From: Pseudomonadota bacterium
GTDB lineage: Bacteria > Bdellovibrionota_B > Oligoflexia > Oligoflexales > CAIYRB01
Assembly: GCA_031416315.1 (NCBI GenBank)
Contig: JANOTL010000198.1
Span: forward strand, 1 to 31,525
Length of the DNA stretch: 31,525 nucleotides
Reading direction: 5' to 3'
Positions 1 to 9,102 of this stretch are shown here, piece after piece. The position numbers and the translations under genes were made by a program. Every line of letters begins with the position of its first letter. The first letter of the stretch is position 1. The notes under the pieces are model-generated. The model did not search any database and had not been told where the DNA came from. It saw only the letters and a program-made list of their open reading frames with translations.

Positions 1-1
1 A

Positions 2-799
2 GCCGACCGCTTTCGCGAGGCGGAGCGCCGCGTCGCCCATCTTGTCGCGCAGCGTCTCGCTGACGACGGGACAGGGAGCCTCCTCGACGAGCTTCTGATG
101 GCGCCGCTGGATCGAGCAGTCGCGCTCGCCGAGGTGCGCATAGTTGCCGTGCTCGTCGGCGACCATCTGGATCTCGACGTGGCGAGGCTTGGCGCAGTAG
201 CGCTCGATGAAGACGTCGGGATTGCCGAAGCCGGCCTCGGCTTCGGCCTGTGCCAGTTGGAATTGGCGCTCGAGGTCGTCGCGCTTCGTGACGACCTTCA
301 TGCCGCGGCCACCGCCGCCGGCCGCCGCCTTGATGATCAGCGGGTAGCCGACCTCGTTCGCGACCTTGAGGGCCTCCTCCTCGGTGCTGACCTTGCCGCG
401 GCTGCCGGGGAGCATCGGGACCTTGGACTTCTCGGCGAGCGCGCGGGCCTCGACTTTGTTGCCGAGGGCGAAGATCGCCTCGGGCTGCGGGCCGATCCAC
501 TTCACCTTGTAGGCAGAGCAGATCTTGGCGAACTCGGCGTTCTCGGAGAGAAAGCCGTAGCCGGGATGCACGGCGTCGGCGCCGGAGATCTCGACCGCCG
601 CCATGATCGACGGGATGCGCAGGTAGCTTTTGATGCTCGGGCCCGGGCCGATGCAGATCGATTCGTCGGCGAGCTTCGCGTGCAAGGAGTCGCGGTCGGC
701 GACGGAGTGGATCGCCACCGTCTTCAGGCCGAGCTCTTTGCACGCGCGGATGATGCGCACGGCGATCTCGCCGCGGTTGGCGATCAGGACCTTTTTCAT
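2..799 (-). CDS. accC: Biotin carboxylase of acetyl-CoA carboxylase (3' end runs off the window)
   Basis: Not in the ORF track. Manual translation from ATG at 799 gives MKKVLIANRGEIAVRIIRAC...HPGYGFLSENAEF...KAAAGGGGRGM...ERDCSIQRRHQKLVEEAP. Lies directly downstream of accB. Confidence 0.97.
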   Translation of the reverse strand, partial: MKKVLIANRGEIAVRIIRACKELGLKTVAIHSVADRDSLHAKLADESICIGPGPSIKSYLRIPSIMAAVEISGADAVHPGYGFLSENAEFAKICSAYKVKWIGPQPEAIFALGNKVEARALAEKSKVPMLPGSRGKVSTEEEALKVANEVGYPLIIKAAAGGGGRGMKVVTKRDDLERQFQLAQAEAEAGFGNPDVFIERYCAKPRHVEIQMVADEHGNYAHLGERDCSIQRRHQKLVEEAPCPVVSETLRDKMGDAALRLAKAVG

Positions 800-818
800 G
801 CCGGAGAGCCGCCCGTCA

Positions 819-1313
819 TTATTCGATCACGAAAAGGGGTTGGTCGAACTCCACCGGCTGCTCGTTGTCCACGAGGATCTCGCGGACGGTGCCGTCGAAG
901 TCGGCCTCGATCTCGGTCATCAGCTTCATCGCTTCGATGACGCACAGCGAGTCGCCCTTCTTCACGCGCTTGCCGATCTCTGCGAAAGGCTCGCCGCCGG
1001 GGGTCGAGGAGCGGTAGAAGGTGCCGACGAAGGGCGACTTCAAGATGCGGCCTTTCGCCGTCGGCGTCGCCTGCGGCTTCGCGTCGTGCGCCGGCTGCGG
1101 CGCCGGCGCATGCATCTGCGTCTGATACTGAATGGACGGCGGCATGGGCGCGCCATACATCGGCGCCATCGCATGCGTCCCCGGGCCGCCGAGAGTCATC
1201 TGCGGCGGCGTGGTCGTGACGACGACCTTCAGGTCCTTGTCCTCGACCTCGATTTGATGGATCCCGTGCTTGCGCGCGAGCTCGATGACCTTCTCAAGCG
1301 CTTCGAGATTCAT
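819..1313 (-). CDS. accB: Biotin carboxyl carrier protein
   Basis: SPFVGTFY motif, EAMKLM biotinylation motif, Pro/Ala-rich linker, C-terminal PVEFDQPLFVIE. Confidence 0.97.
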   Translation of the reverse strand: MNLEALEKVIELARKHGIHQIEVEDKDLKVVVTTTPPQMTLGGPGTHAMAPMYGAPMPPSIQYQTQMHAPAPQPAHDAKPQATPTAKGRILKSPFVGTFYRSSTPGGEPFAEIGKRVKKGDSLCVIEAMKLMTEIEADFDGTVREILVDNEQPVEFDQPLFVIE

Positions 1314-1329
1314 GCTCAGATCGTCTCCG

Positions 1330-1896
1330 TTATTTGTTGACGCGCTCGACGTATTCGCCGGTGCGGGTGTCGATCTTCAGGAGATCGCCTTCGTTGATGT
1401 GGAACGGCACGTTCTTCACGATGAGGCCGGTCTCCATCACCGCGGGCTTGCCGCCGCCGCTAGACGTGTCGCCGCGGATGTTCGGCTGCGTCTCTTTCAC
1501 GCGCAGGTTCACGAAGGTGTCGATTTCGACCGTGACCGGCTTGCCCTTGTAGTACGTGACGGCCAACACGCTGTTTTCCAGCATGAAGTCCTTGTTCTCG
1601 CCGACTTCGTCGACGGTCAAGGTGATCTGGTCGAACGACTCCTGGTCCATGAAGTTGAAGTTCGTGCCGTCGTTGTACAGGTACTGCATGTTGCGGGTTT
1701 GGACGTCGGGGATGCCGACCTTGTCGCCCGACTTGAAGGTGATCTCGACGACGCGCGCCGACTCGAGACCCTTCAGCTTGGTGCGCACGAAGGCGGAGCC
1801 CTTACCCGGGTTGACGTGCTGGAACTCGACGATCGTCCACGCTTTATTGTCGTACTCGATCTTGAGCCCGCGCTTGAATTCGTTGGTGGAGATCAT
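1330..1896 (-). CDS. efp: Elongation factor P
   Basis: HVNPGKGSAFVRTK tip loop, RGDTSSGGGKPA, IDTRTGEYVER; efp-accB-accC synteny. Confidence 0.98.
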   Translation of the reverse strand: MISTNEFKRGLKIEYDNKAWTIVEFQHVNPGKGSAFVRTKLKGLESARVVEITFKSGDKVGIPDVQTRNMQYLYNDGTNFNFMDQESFDQITLTVDEVGENKDFMLENSVLAVTYYKGKPVTVEIDTFVNLRVKETQPNIRGDTSSGGGKPAVMETGLIVKNVPFHINEGDLLKIDTRTGEYVERVNK

Positions 1897-1944
1897 GCCG
1901 GTCGGTTCCTCGATGCATGCAGTTCGGGTTTTGGAGAGACGGAG

Positions 1945-1973
1945 ATCCTAGCCGTGCCTTGGCAGATTGACAA
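1945..1973 (-). promoter_or_regulatory. Sigma70-type promoter for efp-accB-accC
   Basis: Minus strand reads TTGTCA-N17-TAGGAT, about 50 nt upstream of the efp ATG, which has a GAGG SD-like site. Confidence 0.65.
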
Positions 1974-2041
1974 ATATTGTCCGGCGCGGGGCGATAAATA
2001 GGTGTTTGTCCAGCGGTTACTGTGCGTTAACCGAAAAATGC

Positions 2042-2068
2042 TCAGGCCGGCACGGCAAATTCCGATCC
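2042..2068 (+). promoter_or_regulatory. Sigma28 (FliA)-like promoter, probably leaderless
   Basis: TCAGG-N14-TCCGATCC-N7-ATG(2076); no SD sequence in front of the ATG. Confidence 0.45.
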
Positions 2069-2075
2069 TGGTTAC

Positions 2076-5000
2076 ATGAGTAGATCCGCCCTAAAGCTCT
2101 TAGCCTTTCTTGCGTTTACGACCGCAACCAGCGCGCTCGCCGAACCCGCGGGTTTCCGCTATCTCGGTCGACTGACTAAAACGAGCGGTGCGCCCGTCGA
2201 GCGCGCGACGCTCACGATCAATGTCTACACCGTCGAGACCGACGGCGCGCCGATGAAGGTCATCGGGCCGCTCGTCGACCGCCCGTTGGCGAACGGTGTC
2301 TTCGACCTCGACTTGAATTTCTCACCCGCCGAGCTCGATACCCTCCTCGGCGGCGTCGACGAGTGCTGGCTCGAGGTCGTCGCCGATTTCACCGAGGCCG
2401 GCGGGGAAGCGAAGCACGTCGTCATGCCACGCCAGCGGCTTCTCGCCTCCCCCTACTCCCTCCGCACGAAGATCGACGGCAATTCACTCTACTACGACAT
2501 CGACGGCCGCCTTACGGCCCGCATCGCGCCGGCGACGACGAACACGCCGGGTCTGATCAAGGCGACCGACACGTACATGACGGTCGCTGCCGACGGCACG
2601 ATCACCTCGATCAAGCTCGCGGAGACGGCGACGACCTCGACGAGCTTCACGGGCACCATGGTCGGCGACGTGACCGGGACGCAGGCCGCGACCGTCGTGG
2701 CGAGAATCCAGGGCAACGCCGTACAGACGGGTACGCCCACGAACGGACAGATCCTCAAATGGACGACGGCCGGCGGTGGCCGCTGGGAGTTCGCCGCCGA
2801 CGAATCCGGCCTCTCCGGCATCTCGGGCGGCGCCGGTGGGAACATCACCGACGATACGATCACGAATCACGACATCAGCTCGACCGCGGCGATTTCTGCG
2901 TCGAAGCTCGGCGCGGGCACGGTCGACGATACCGAGCTCGGGTACTTGAACGGCGTCACCTCGTCGATCCAGACGCAGCTCGGCACGAAGCAAGCGACGA
3001 TCGGGGCGGCGACCAACATCACCATGCAGGATTTGACGGCTCGCGACGCGGGACTGCGCAACGTCACGGCCGAGACGCTGACGACGTCGAAGCAAGTCGC
3101 AATCGCCGTTCAACCTTATGCCGCGTTGCCGACGAGCACCGGCGAGCTGCGCTTTTACGAGTTGACGGCGACAGGAGCGCATTACGTCGCGCTGAAGGCG
3201 GCCGACGACCTCGCGGGCGCGGTCACCTTGACCTTGCCCGCGACGGCGGGAACGACCGGCCAAGTGCTGCAGACGAGCGGCGCGGGCGGGATCCTGACGT
3301 GGGTTGACGCCGGCGTCGACACTAACGCCAAGACGCTTTGCAACGACGGCGAATACCTGCGCGGCGAAACGACCACGACCTGCCGCACCGCGGCCCAGAT
3401 CGTGGCCGACGGCGGCGCCGGCAACATGACCAAAACGACTTACGACGCGGGCGACAACAGCAAGGTCGACGTCGCCGACAACGCCGATCTCCTCGGCGGC
3501 GAGAACGCGGCCGCCTTCCACAATGCCGCTAACCTTACGGGCTCCGTCGCCGATGCGCGCTTGAGCGCTAGCGTCTCGCTCTTGGGTCAGACGATCACGT
3601 CCGGTGAGATCGTCGATCTCGATGCGGCGAAGCTCACGGGGTCCGTCGCCGACGGGCGACTCAGCGCCAACGTTTCTCTTTTGGGTCAAACGATCACGTC
3701 AGGAGAAATCGTTGACCTCGATGCCGCGAAGCTCACGGGCTCCGTCGCTGACGGCCGGCTCAGCGCCAACGTCTCGCTCCTTGGCCAGACCATCACCTCG
3801 GGCGAGATCGTCGACGGCACGATCGTCGACGACGACATCGCCAGCCTCAGCGGGGGCAAGATCACCGCGGGTACAATCGGTCGCGCGTACCTCCAGACCA
3901 TGACCGGAGACGCCGGTGCGGGCGGCGCGAGTGGCGCCGCGCCTGCACCGGCGACTGGCGATGCCGCCGCCGGGAAGTATCTCAAAGCTGACGGTACTTG
4001 GGCCGTCCCGAGCGCGACCGCGAACTGGGCCGCGCCGGGGACGATCGGCTCGACGACGCCGAATACGGGGGCGTTCACGACGCTCGCTTCGACGAGCGCG
4101 ACCGTCACGACTTCAGGCGACTCCGACCAGACCGGCGTCGTGCGACTCCTTAACCCGAGCTTGGCGACGGCGGGACGGCAGCTCGACCTCGCCATCGGAC
4201 ACAGCTTGGCTACGGGGCGCGCTGCACACATCGGCTATCGCTACGAGACGGCGACCGCTGACTCTGGCCTTTATCTAAGTGTCAACGGCGACACGTCTTC
4301 TTCGCTTTTCTTGCGAAAGGGCGGGAACGTGGGGATCGGCACGACAAGTCCGACATCCAAGCTCCACGTAGTCGGCACCGTCTCGAGCCCAGGCGTCGGC
4401 ACGGGCGCGTCGAACGAAGTGTTCGGCGCCCTCTCCGGCGCCGCGTTGACGACGGGCACAGACAACACCTTCCTCGGGCAGTATGCCGGCAACTCCGTGA
4501 CGACGCAGTCAAACAACGTTTTCGTCGGATCGAGCTCGGGCAAAAACGTTACGGGAAGCTACAACACGTTCCTGGGATCTTACGCTAACTTCTCAGGAAA
4601 CATTTCCCAGTCTATCGCCCTTGGCTACGCGGCCACCCCGACTGCCAGCAGTCAATTGGTCGTCGGCAGTGGCGCCGCCTCGGTCGAAAACGCCTACCTG
4701 GGTCAAGGCGTGACGGCCAGCGCGCCGTCCAGCTTTACCATAAATGCTTCCGGCGGCTCAGGTACGGACGTCGCAGGCGCTAGCCTTGCCTTCGCCGGCG
4801 GCAGAGCGACGGGTAATGCCGCAAGCGGACCTATCTACTTTCAAACTTCGGACATCGGAGCTTCAGGAACGACCCTTCAGGCGCTATCGACGAAGATGAC
4901 ACTGACCGCGACAGGCAACGTCGGCATTGGGACGACATCTCCCTCTCTGAAACTCCAAGCGGCTGGGTCAGTGGGGCTTCCCGCAACGACTGGCACGACT

Positions 5001-5516
5001 CAGACAGGCGTTATGCGGTATTCATCAACGGGAATTGACGCGGTCATGGATATGGGAGTGCAAAGTGTAACCCCGTATGGCGGATGGATTCAGTCCACCA
5101 ACGCCACGGATCTCAGTCAATATTACGCCATCGCCCTCAATCCTCGAGGAGGCGCCGTCGGCATCGGCACGCCGACGCCGGCCACGAAACTCGACGTCAA
5201 CGGCGACGTCAAAGCCGGCTACAAGAGCGACAACACTGGCCTCACCATCGACTGGACGCTGGGCAACACGCAGGTCACGAGCTCGGCTGCGGGCACCCTC
5301 GTGCTGAACGGCATGCAGAACGGCGGCTACTACACTCTCGTCCTGACGGCCGGTAGCACGTCCGCCTACACGCTTTCCGGCAGCAGCATCTCGACCTGGA
5401 AGTGTCAACCCGCCTGCGCCAGCAACCAAATCATCGGGACGAGCGCCAAGGATACCGTCATCACGGTGATGAAATCCGGTACGATCGGATACGTGACTTG
5501 GACCTCCGGATTTTGA
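2076..5516 (+). CDS. Secreted mosaic tail-fibre-like adhesin (1146 aa)
   Basis: Signal peptide. N-terminal domain FRYLGRL...PRQRLLASPYSL. Thr/Gly/Ala-rich shaft with VTGTQAATVVARIQG, 33-aa tandem repeats and three G(N/A)VGIGT(T/P)(S/T)P motifs. C-terminal IDWTLGNTQ domain. No recognisable S74 chaperone. Confidence 0.8.
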   Translation: MSRSALKLLAFLAFTTATSALAEPAGFRYLGRLTKTSGAPVERATLTINVYTVETDGAPMKVIGPLVDRPLANGVFDLDLNFSPAELDTLLGGVDECWLEVVADFTEAGGEAKHVVMPRQRLLASPYSLRTKIDGNSLYYDIDGRLTARIAPATTNTPGLIKATDTYMTVAADGTITSIKLAETATTSTSFTGTMVGDVTGTQAATVVARIQGNAVQTGTPTNGQILKWTTAGGGRWEFAADESGLSGISGGAGGNITDDTITNHDISSTAAISASKLGAGTVDDTELGYLNGVTSSIQTQLGTKQATIGAATNITMQDLTARDAGLRNVTAETLTTSKQVAIAVQPYAALPTSTGELRFYELTATGAHYVALKAADDLAGAVTLTLPATAGTTGQVLQTSGAGGILTWVDAGVDTNAKTLCNDGEYLRGETTTTCRTAAQIVADGGAGNMTKTTYDAGDNSKVDVADNADLLGGENAAAFHNAANLTGSVADARLSASVSLLGQTITSGEIVDLDAAKLTGSVADGRLSANVSLLGQTITSGEIVDLDAAKLTGSVADGRLSANVSLLGQTITSGEIVDGTIVDDDIASLSGGKITAGTIGRAYLQTMTGDAGAGGASGAAPAPATGDAAAGKYLKADGTWAVPSATANWAAPGTIGSTTPNTGAFTTLASTSATVTTSGDSDQTGVVRLLNPSLATAGRQLDLAIGHSLATGRAAHIGYRYETATADSGLYLSVNGDTSSSLFLRKGGNVGIGTTSPTSKLHVVGTVSSPGVGTGASNEVFGALSGAALTTGTDNTFLGQYAGNSVTTQSNNVFVGSSSGKNVTGSYNTFLGSYANFSGNISQSIALGYAATPTASSQLVVGSGAASVENAYLGQGVTASAPSSFTINASGGSGTDVAGASLAFAGGRATGNAASGPIYFQTSDIGASGTTLQALSTKMTLTATGNVGIGTTSPSLKLQAAGSVGLPATTGTTQTGVMRYSSTGIDAVMDMGVQSVTPYGGWIQSTNATDLSQYYAIALNPRGGAVGIGTPTPATKLDVNGDVKAGYKSDNTGLTIDWTLGNTQVTSSAAGTLVLNGMQNGGYYTLVLTAGSTSAYTLSGSSISTWKCQPACASNQIIGTSAKDTVITVMKSGTIGYVTWTSGF
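3525..3815 (+). repeat. Three tandem 99-bp (33-aa) intragenic repeats
   Basis: Units start at 3525, 3624 and 3723; consensus AAKLTGSVADGRLSANVSLLGQTITSGEIVD(LD). Confidence 0.95.
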
Positions 5517-5525
5517 GGCGTAGCC

Positions 5526-7259
5526 GTGCTTCGACCACTGGCGCTCAGCTTTTTGCTCGCCCTCGCCTTCGGCGGTGATGCGCTCGCTTTTCCGCAGCAA
5601 TTCATGCTCAAGAACACGACGGCAGCCGTCGCTCCGCCGAATCCGACCTCGCCGGTCACGTCGAGTGTTTTCGCGACGAGGCTGACTCTGAGCTGGACGA
5701 GCGGCGGCGGCTCCACGACCTCTTACAAGGGCGCCTACCAAACCGGCGCCTCGGCGCCAGCCGATTGCAACTCCGGCACGACCTTCACGACGGCGAGCAC
5801 ATCGAGCACGATCACGGCGCTTGCCTCGAGCACGCAATATTCCTTCCGCATCTGCGCGTCAGACGGGACCACGCTTTCGAGTGGGGTGACGCTGACCGAT
5901 TCCACCGTCGGTCCGCCGCCAGATCCGACCGGCTTCAGCGCGACGGCGAACAGCTCGGCCCAGATCACTACCTCGTGGACGACTGGCGGCGGCACGACGT
6001 CTCATTTCTACGTTGCGTACCAGGCCGGCGCCACGCCGCCTGCGAGCTGCTCTGCCTACTACGCGAGTAACTCGCCTCTTGCCGTCACGAATCTGTCGCC
6101 GTCGACTCAGTATTCTTTCCGCATTTGCGCCGTGGACGGCGGCGGAGCGTTTTCGGCTGGCGTCCCGACGGCGACGGCGACGACGACCACCGCCCCGGCC
6201 GATCCGACGAGCCTGACGGTTTCGGGGACCGGGCCCTCCAGCACAAGCCTCAGCTGGACCGCGAGCGGCGGAACCACCGTTGGATACTGGATCGCCTATC
6301 AGAACGGGGGCACGGCACCTGCCACCTGTTCCGGTGCGTATGACACGGTCGCCGCGAATAGCGTGACCATCGTAGGCTTGCTTCCAGGCGTCCAGCGCTC
6401 GTTTCGAGTCTGCCCCATCGATCTCGGCGCCACGGTGCCCACCGCGTCGGGGCCGACGATTTCGGCCACGACGGACGCGGCACCCGCCGGTTCCTATTTC
6501 TTTTCCGGAGCCGACGAGAGCTTCGTCGTCCCCGGGGGCGTCACTTCGCTTCTGGTCAAGCTTTGGGGCGCGGGCGGCGGCGGTTCCGCTGGACCTGGTG
6601 GCGGCAGCGGCTTCGTTACGGCGACGATTGCGGTCACGCCGAGCGAGACTTTGACCATCATCGTGGGAGAAGGTGGCCGTAGCGGAGGCCTGAATTGCGG
6701 CTATGTCGCCGGAACCTACGGAGGCGGCGGCTCGGGCGGCCTCGGCACCTACGCAGGCTACCACTATCAGAACACGTCCGGCGGCGGTCGATCGGCGCTC
6801 CGGCGCGGCTCGACCGAGCTTCTCACGGCCGGTGGCGGAGGCGGAGGCGGGTATACCCTAGGTGGCGCAGGCGGGGGCACGGTCGGCACCTCGGGCGGTG
6901 GCTACTTGACGGCGGGGGCAACTGGCGGCAGCCAATCGGCCGGAGGCGCCGGCGGCCTCGCCAACTTTTACGGAGTCGCGGGTTCCAACGGCAGCCAGTT
7001 CCAAGGGGGTAACGCGGCCGCGGAAGACGACTGCGGCGGCGGCGGCGGCGGCGGCTACTACGGCGGCGGCGGCAGCAACCCATGGGGCGGCGGCGGCGGC
7101 GGCTCAAGCTGGGTGACAGGCAGTGGCACGACGACGGCCGGGTCTAATGCGACGCCGGGCGGGACAGGCGACGCTGCTTATCTGCCCGGCTTCGGCGTGG
7201 GCGGCTCGGGCACAAACGGTCGCCCTGGGGGTTACGGCTTGGTCGCGATCAGTTGGTGA
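5526..7259 (+). CDS. Secreted protein with three Cys-containing fibronectin type III repeats and a C-terminal glycine-rich domain
   Basis: GTG start 9 nt after the fibre stop; signal peptide. Three repeats of (L/T)SWT...YQxGxxxPAxC...(Y/R)SFR(I/V)C. Then FVVPGGVTSLLVKLWGAGGGG...GGGGGGGYYGGGG...GGYGLVAISW. Confidence 0.85.
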   Translation: MLRPLALSFLLALAFGGDALAFPQQFMLKNTTAAVAPPNPTSPVTSSVFATRLTLSWTSGGGSTTSYKGAYQTGASAPADCNSGTTFTTASTSSTITALASSTQYSFRICASDGTTLSSGVTLTDSTVGPPPDPTGFSATANSSAQITTSWTTGGGTTSHFYVAYQAGATPPASCSAYYASNSPLAVTNLSPSTQYSFRICAVDGGGAFSAGVPTATATTTTAPADPTSLTVSGTGPSSTSLSWTASGGTTVGYWIAYQNGGTAPATCSGAYDTVAANSVTIVGLLPGVQRSFRVCPIDLGATVPTASGPTISATTDAAPAGSYFFSGADESFVVPGGVTSLLVKLWGAGGGGSAGPGGGSGFVTATIAVTPSETLTIIVGEGGRSGGLNCGYVAGTYGGGGSGGLGTYAGYHYQNTSGGGRSALRRGSTELLTAGGGGGGGYTLGGAGGGTVGTSGGGYLTAGATGGSQSAGGAGGLANFYGVAGSNGSQFQGGNAAAEDDCGGGGGGGYYGGGGSNPWGGGGGGSSWVTGSGTTTAGSNATPGGTGDAAYLPGFGVGGSGTNGRPGGYGLVAISW

Positions 7260-7336
7260 ACAGCACGCTAAAAATACTTCGGTGGTTGACGACCGGGAAG
7301 TTCCAGAACGGAATTTAGCCGCCGCCTCCCGCTTTT

Positions 7337-8962
7337 TTACTTCGAATAACGAATCTCGTCCCGCACCGAGAACGCTCCCGAGCTGCTCTCACCCGCCCGT
7401 GCCGCTCCATACGTCCGAATACGAATCGAGGCGCCGTCGACGTCGACCCGCGAGAAGCCGTTGAAGGCTTGCACCTCCGTCACGCCGAGCTGCATCTGCG
7501 GGAACGCCAGCAAGTCGCGCACATGACCGTTCTCGTCGGAGCTTTCGACGAGACGACGCTCAGGCACCGCGCCAGCGGGCGGTACGAGGAGGAAGCCCGC
7601 GCCGGTGTTCGGCCCGACGCCATAACTCGACTCGACGCGCACCGCGTCGCCTTCGCCGAAAGAAAGCGGCCGCATGCGCTGCGCCAGATGCTCATGACCC
7701 GCGAAGTTCCAGTCCATCACGCCGCCGAACTCGCGCGTCACGGGACGAAAGTCGAACTGCTGTTGCCAATGCCGCGCACCCGCGTTGTACGGGGGAATGT
7801 GCCAGTAGCTGAAGGTCCAGAGCGGCGTCGGACTCGCCGCGATCTCGGCGCGGCGCTCCGCCAGGCGCTCGCGCAGCCAACGCAGTTGCTCGCCACTCGG
7901 CGACGAGAAGTCGACCATCCGCTCGCTGTCGAGCGCGAAAAAACGGGCGGGGCCGAAGTCGAATCCGTAATAGACGCCGCCCTCTCGTGCTTTGGGCAGC
8001 GTGAAGAGACGTTCGAACGAGCCGTGATCCCAGGAGGAGCCGACGCCTGGCGTATCGTGGTTGCCGATCGCCGGCATCACGACTTTGGTGGCGAAGAGCG
8101 GCCGAGCTTTGTCGAAAAAGCTCCACCAGTCGCCCGGATTGTCGTTCCAAGGCATGTCGCCGGCGACCAGCACGAAGTCGAGGTCCGCGTGGCTCCGTAC
8201 GATCTCGTCGACCGTCGCGCTGAAGGTGCCGGTCTCGCCGTTGTCCTGAGCATCCGCGAAAATCGCGAAGCGCGCCGTACGGGGCGAGGCGCTCGCCGTG
8301 CGGAAACGGTAGCGCTCGGAGACGAATGTCTCCGAGCCGACTTGGTACGAATAGAGCGTGCCGGGCGCCAAGCCCCGTAAAACGAAGCTATGCCGCTGCC
8401 CGTCCTCGTCCCTTTGCTCGAAGACCTCGCGCGGCCGATCGACGGGCGCGACGCGGATCCACGCCGGCGCGGCCGTCGACGTGAGGAAGGTGACGACGAT
8501 CCCCGAAGACGGCGGCGTCTCGCCGTTCCACGAGAGCATCGGCCCGATGTACGGAAAGGCGATCGGCCAGGAAAAGTCCTGGCCGCCGTTGTTGTCCCAT
8601 TGCCCCGAGCCGCACTCGTCACGACACACCGCAAAATGCAGAGCACGCGCCGTGGCGGGGACGTCGACCGCGACCTCCCACTCGCGCGTGCCGGGCAGCT
8701 GAGTGAGTTGTAATTGCCTGAAATAATTGATGTTTCCGACAGTCTCCTCACGTCCGGCGCCGGGGCCTGCGAGGGGGACGTTCCAGCCATTAAAGCCGTA
8801 GTGCAGCGCGGCGGTACGGGCGCCGCCAAGGAACGGCAGGGTCAGGACGATGCGGACCGTCGTCCCGGGCCGCACGACCTTCGGCTCGACCTTGAATTGC
8901 GGTGCGCCATGCGCGGCGCTCGCGTTGAGCGCCAGGAGGATGACGAGAATGGCTTTGTGCAT
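7337..8962 (-). CDS. Secreted metallophosphoesterase (purple acid phosphatase-like) with an N-terminal starch-binding-type CBM
   Basis: Start moved to MHKAILVILLAL (signal peptide). CBM motifs LHYGFNGWN and WDNNGGQDF, an FN3-like segment (LRGLAPGTLYSYQV), and catalytic motifs FAD, AGD, GNHD, HIPPY, GHEH. Confidence 0.85.
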   Translation of the reverse strand: MHKAILVILLALNASAAHGAPQFKVEPKVVRPGTTVRIVLTLPFLGGARTAALHYGFNGWNVPLAGPGAGREETVGNINYFRQLQLTQLPGTREWEVAVDVPATARALHFAVCRDECGSGQWDNNGGQDFSWPIAFPYIGPMLSWNGETPPSSGIVVTFLTSTAAPAWIRVAPVDRPREVFEQRDEDGQRHSFVLRGLAPGTLYSYQVGSETFVSERYRFRTASASPRTARFAIFADAQDNGETGTFSATVDEIVRSHADLDFVLVAGDMPWNDNPGDWWSFFDKARPLFATKVVMPAIGNHDTPGVGSSWDHGSFERLFTLPKAREGGVYYGFDFGPARFFALDSERMVDFSSPSGEQLRWLRERLAERRAEIAASPTPLWTFSYWHIPPYNAGARHWQQQFDFRPVTREFGGVMDWNFAGHEHLAQRMRPLSFGEGDAVRVESSYGVGPNTGAGFLLVPPAGAVPERRLVESSDENGHVRDLLAFPQMQLGVTEVQAFNGFSRVDVDGASIRIRTYGAARAGESSSGAFSVRDEIRYSK

Positions 8963-9102
8963 GGGCCGGATGATGGCCCGGGGCTTCGGCGGCCGTCCAT
9001 CGAAATTGGCCAACGGGTCAAAATTTACGGAACATTTTTCTGGAATCGGTAAAATCGAGCCCGTCCCCCCCCTTTCCATCGTGACGCTTTAGGAGCCTGC
9101 CG

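Noticed and set aside
98..2001. Long plus-strand ORFs (98..940, 630..1340, 1270..2001)
   Set aside because: Antisense shadows of accC, accB and efp, expected with high GC3.
1951..2063. Outward-facing GGCACGGC boxes as sigma54 promoters
   Set aside because: Neither has TTGC at the -12 position. Both fall inside the spacers of better sigma70-like and sigma28-like promoters.
7035..7103. (GGC)n runs as possible phase-variable repeats
   Set aside because: In-frame glycine codons of the Gly-rich domain; slippage would not shift the frame.
2076..7259. Prophage or tailocin remnant
   Set aside because: Both proteins have signal peptides, and there are no integrase, capsid, baseplate, sheath or lysis genes and no att-like repeats.
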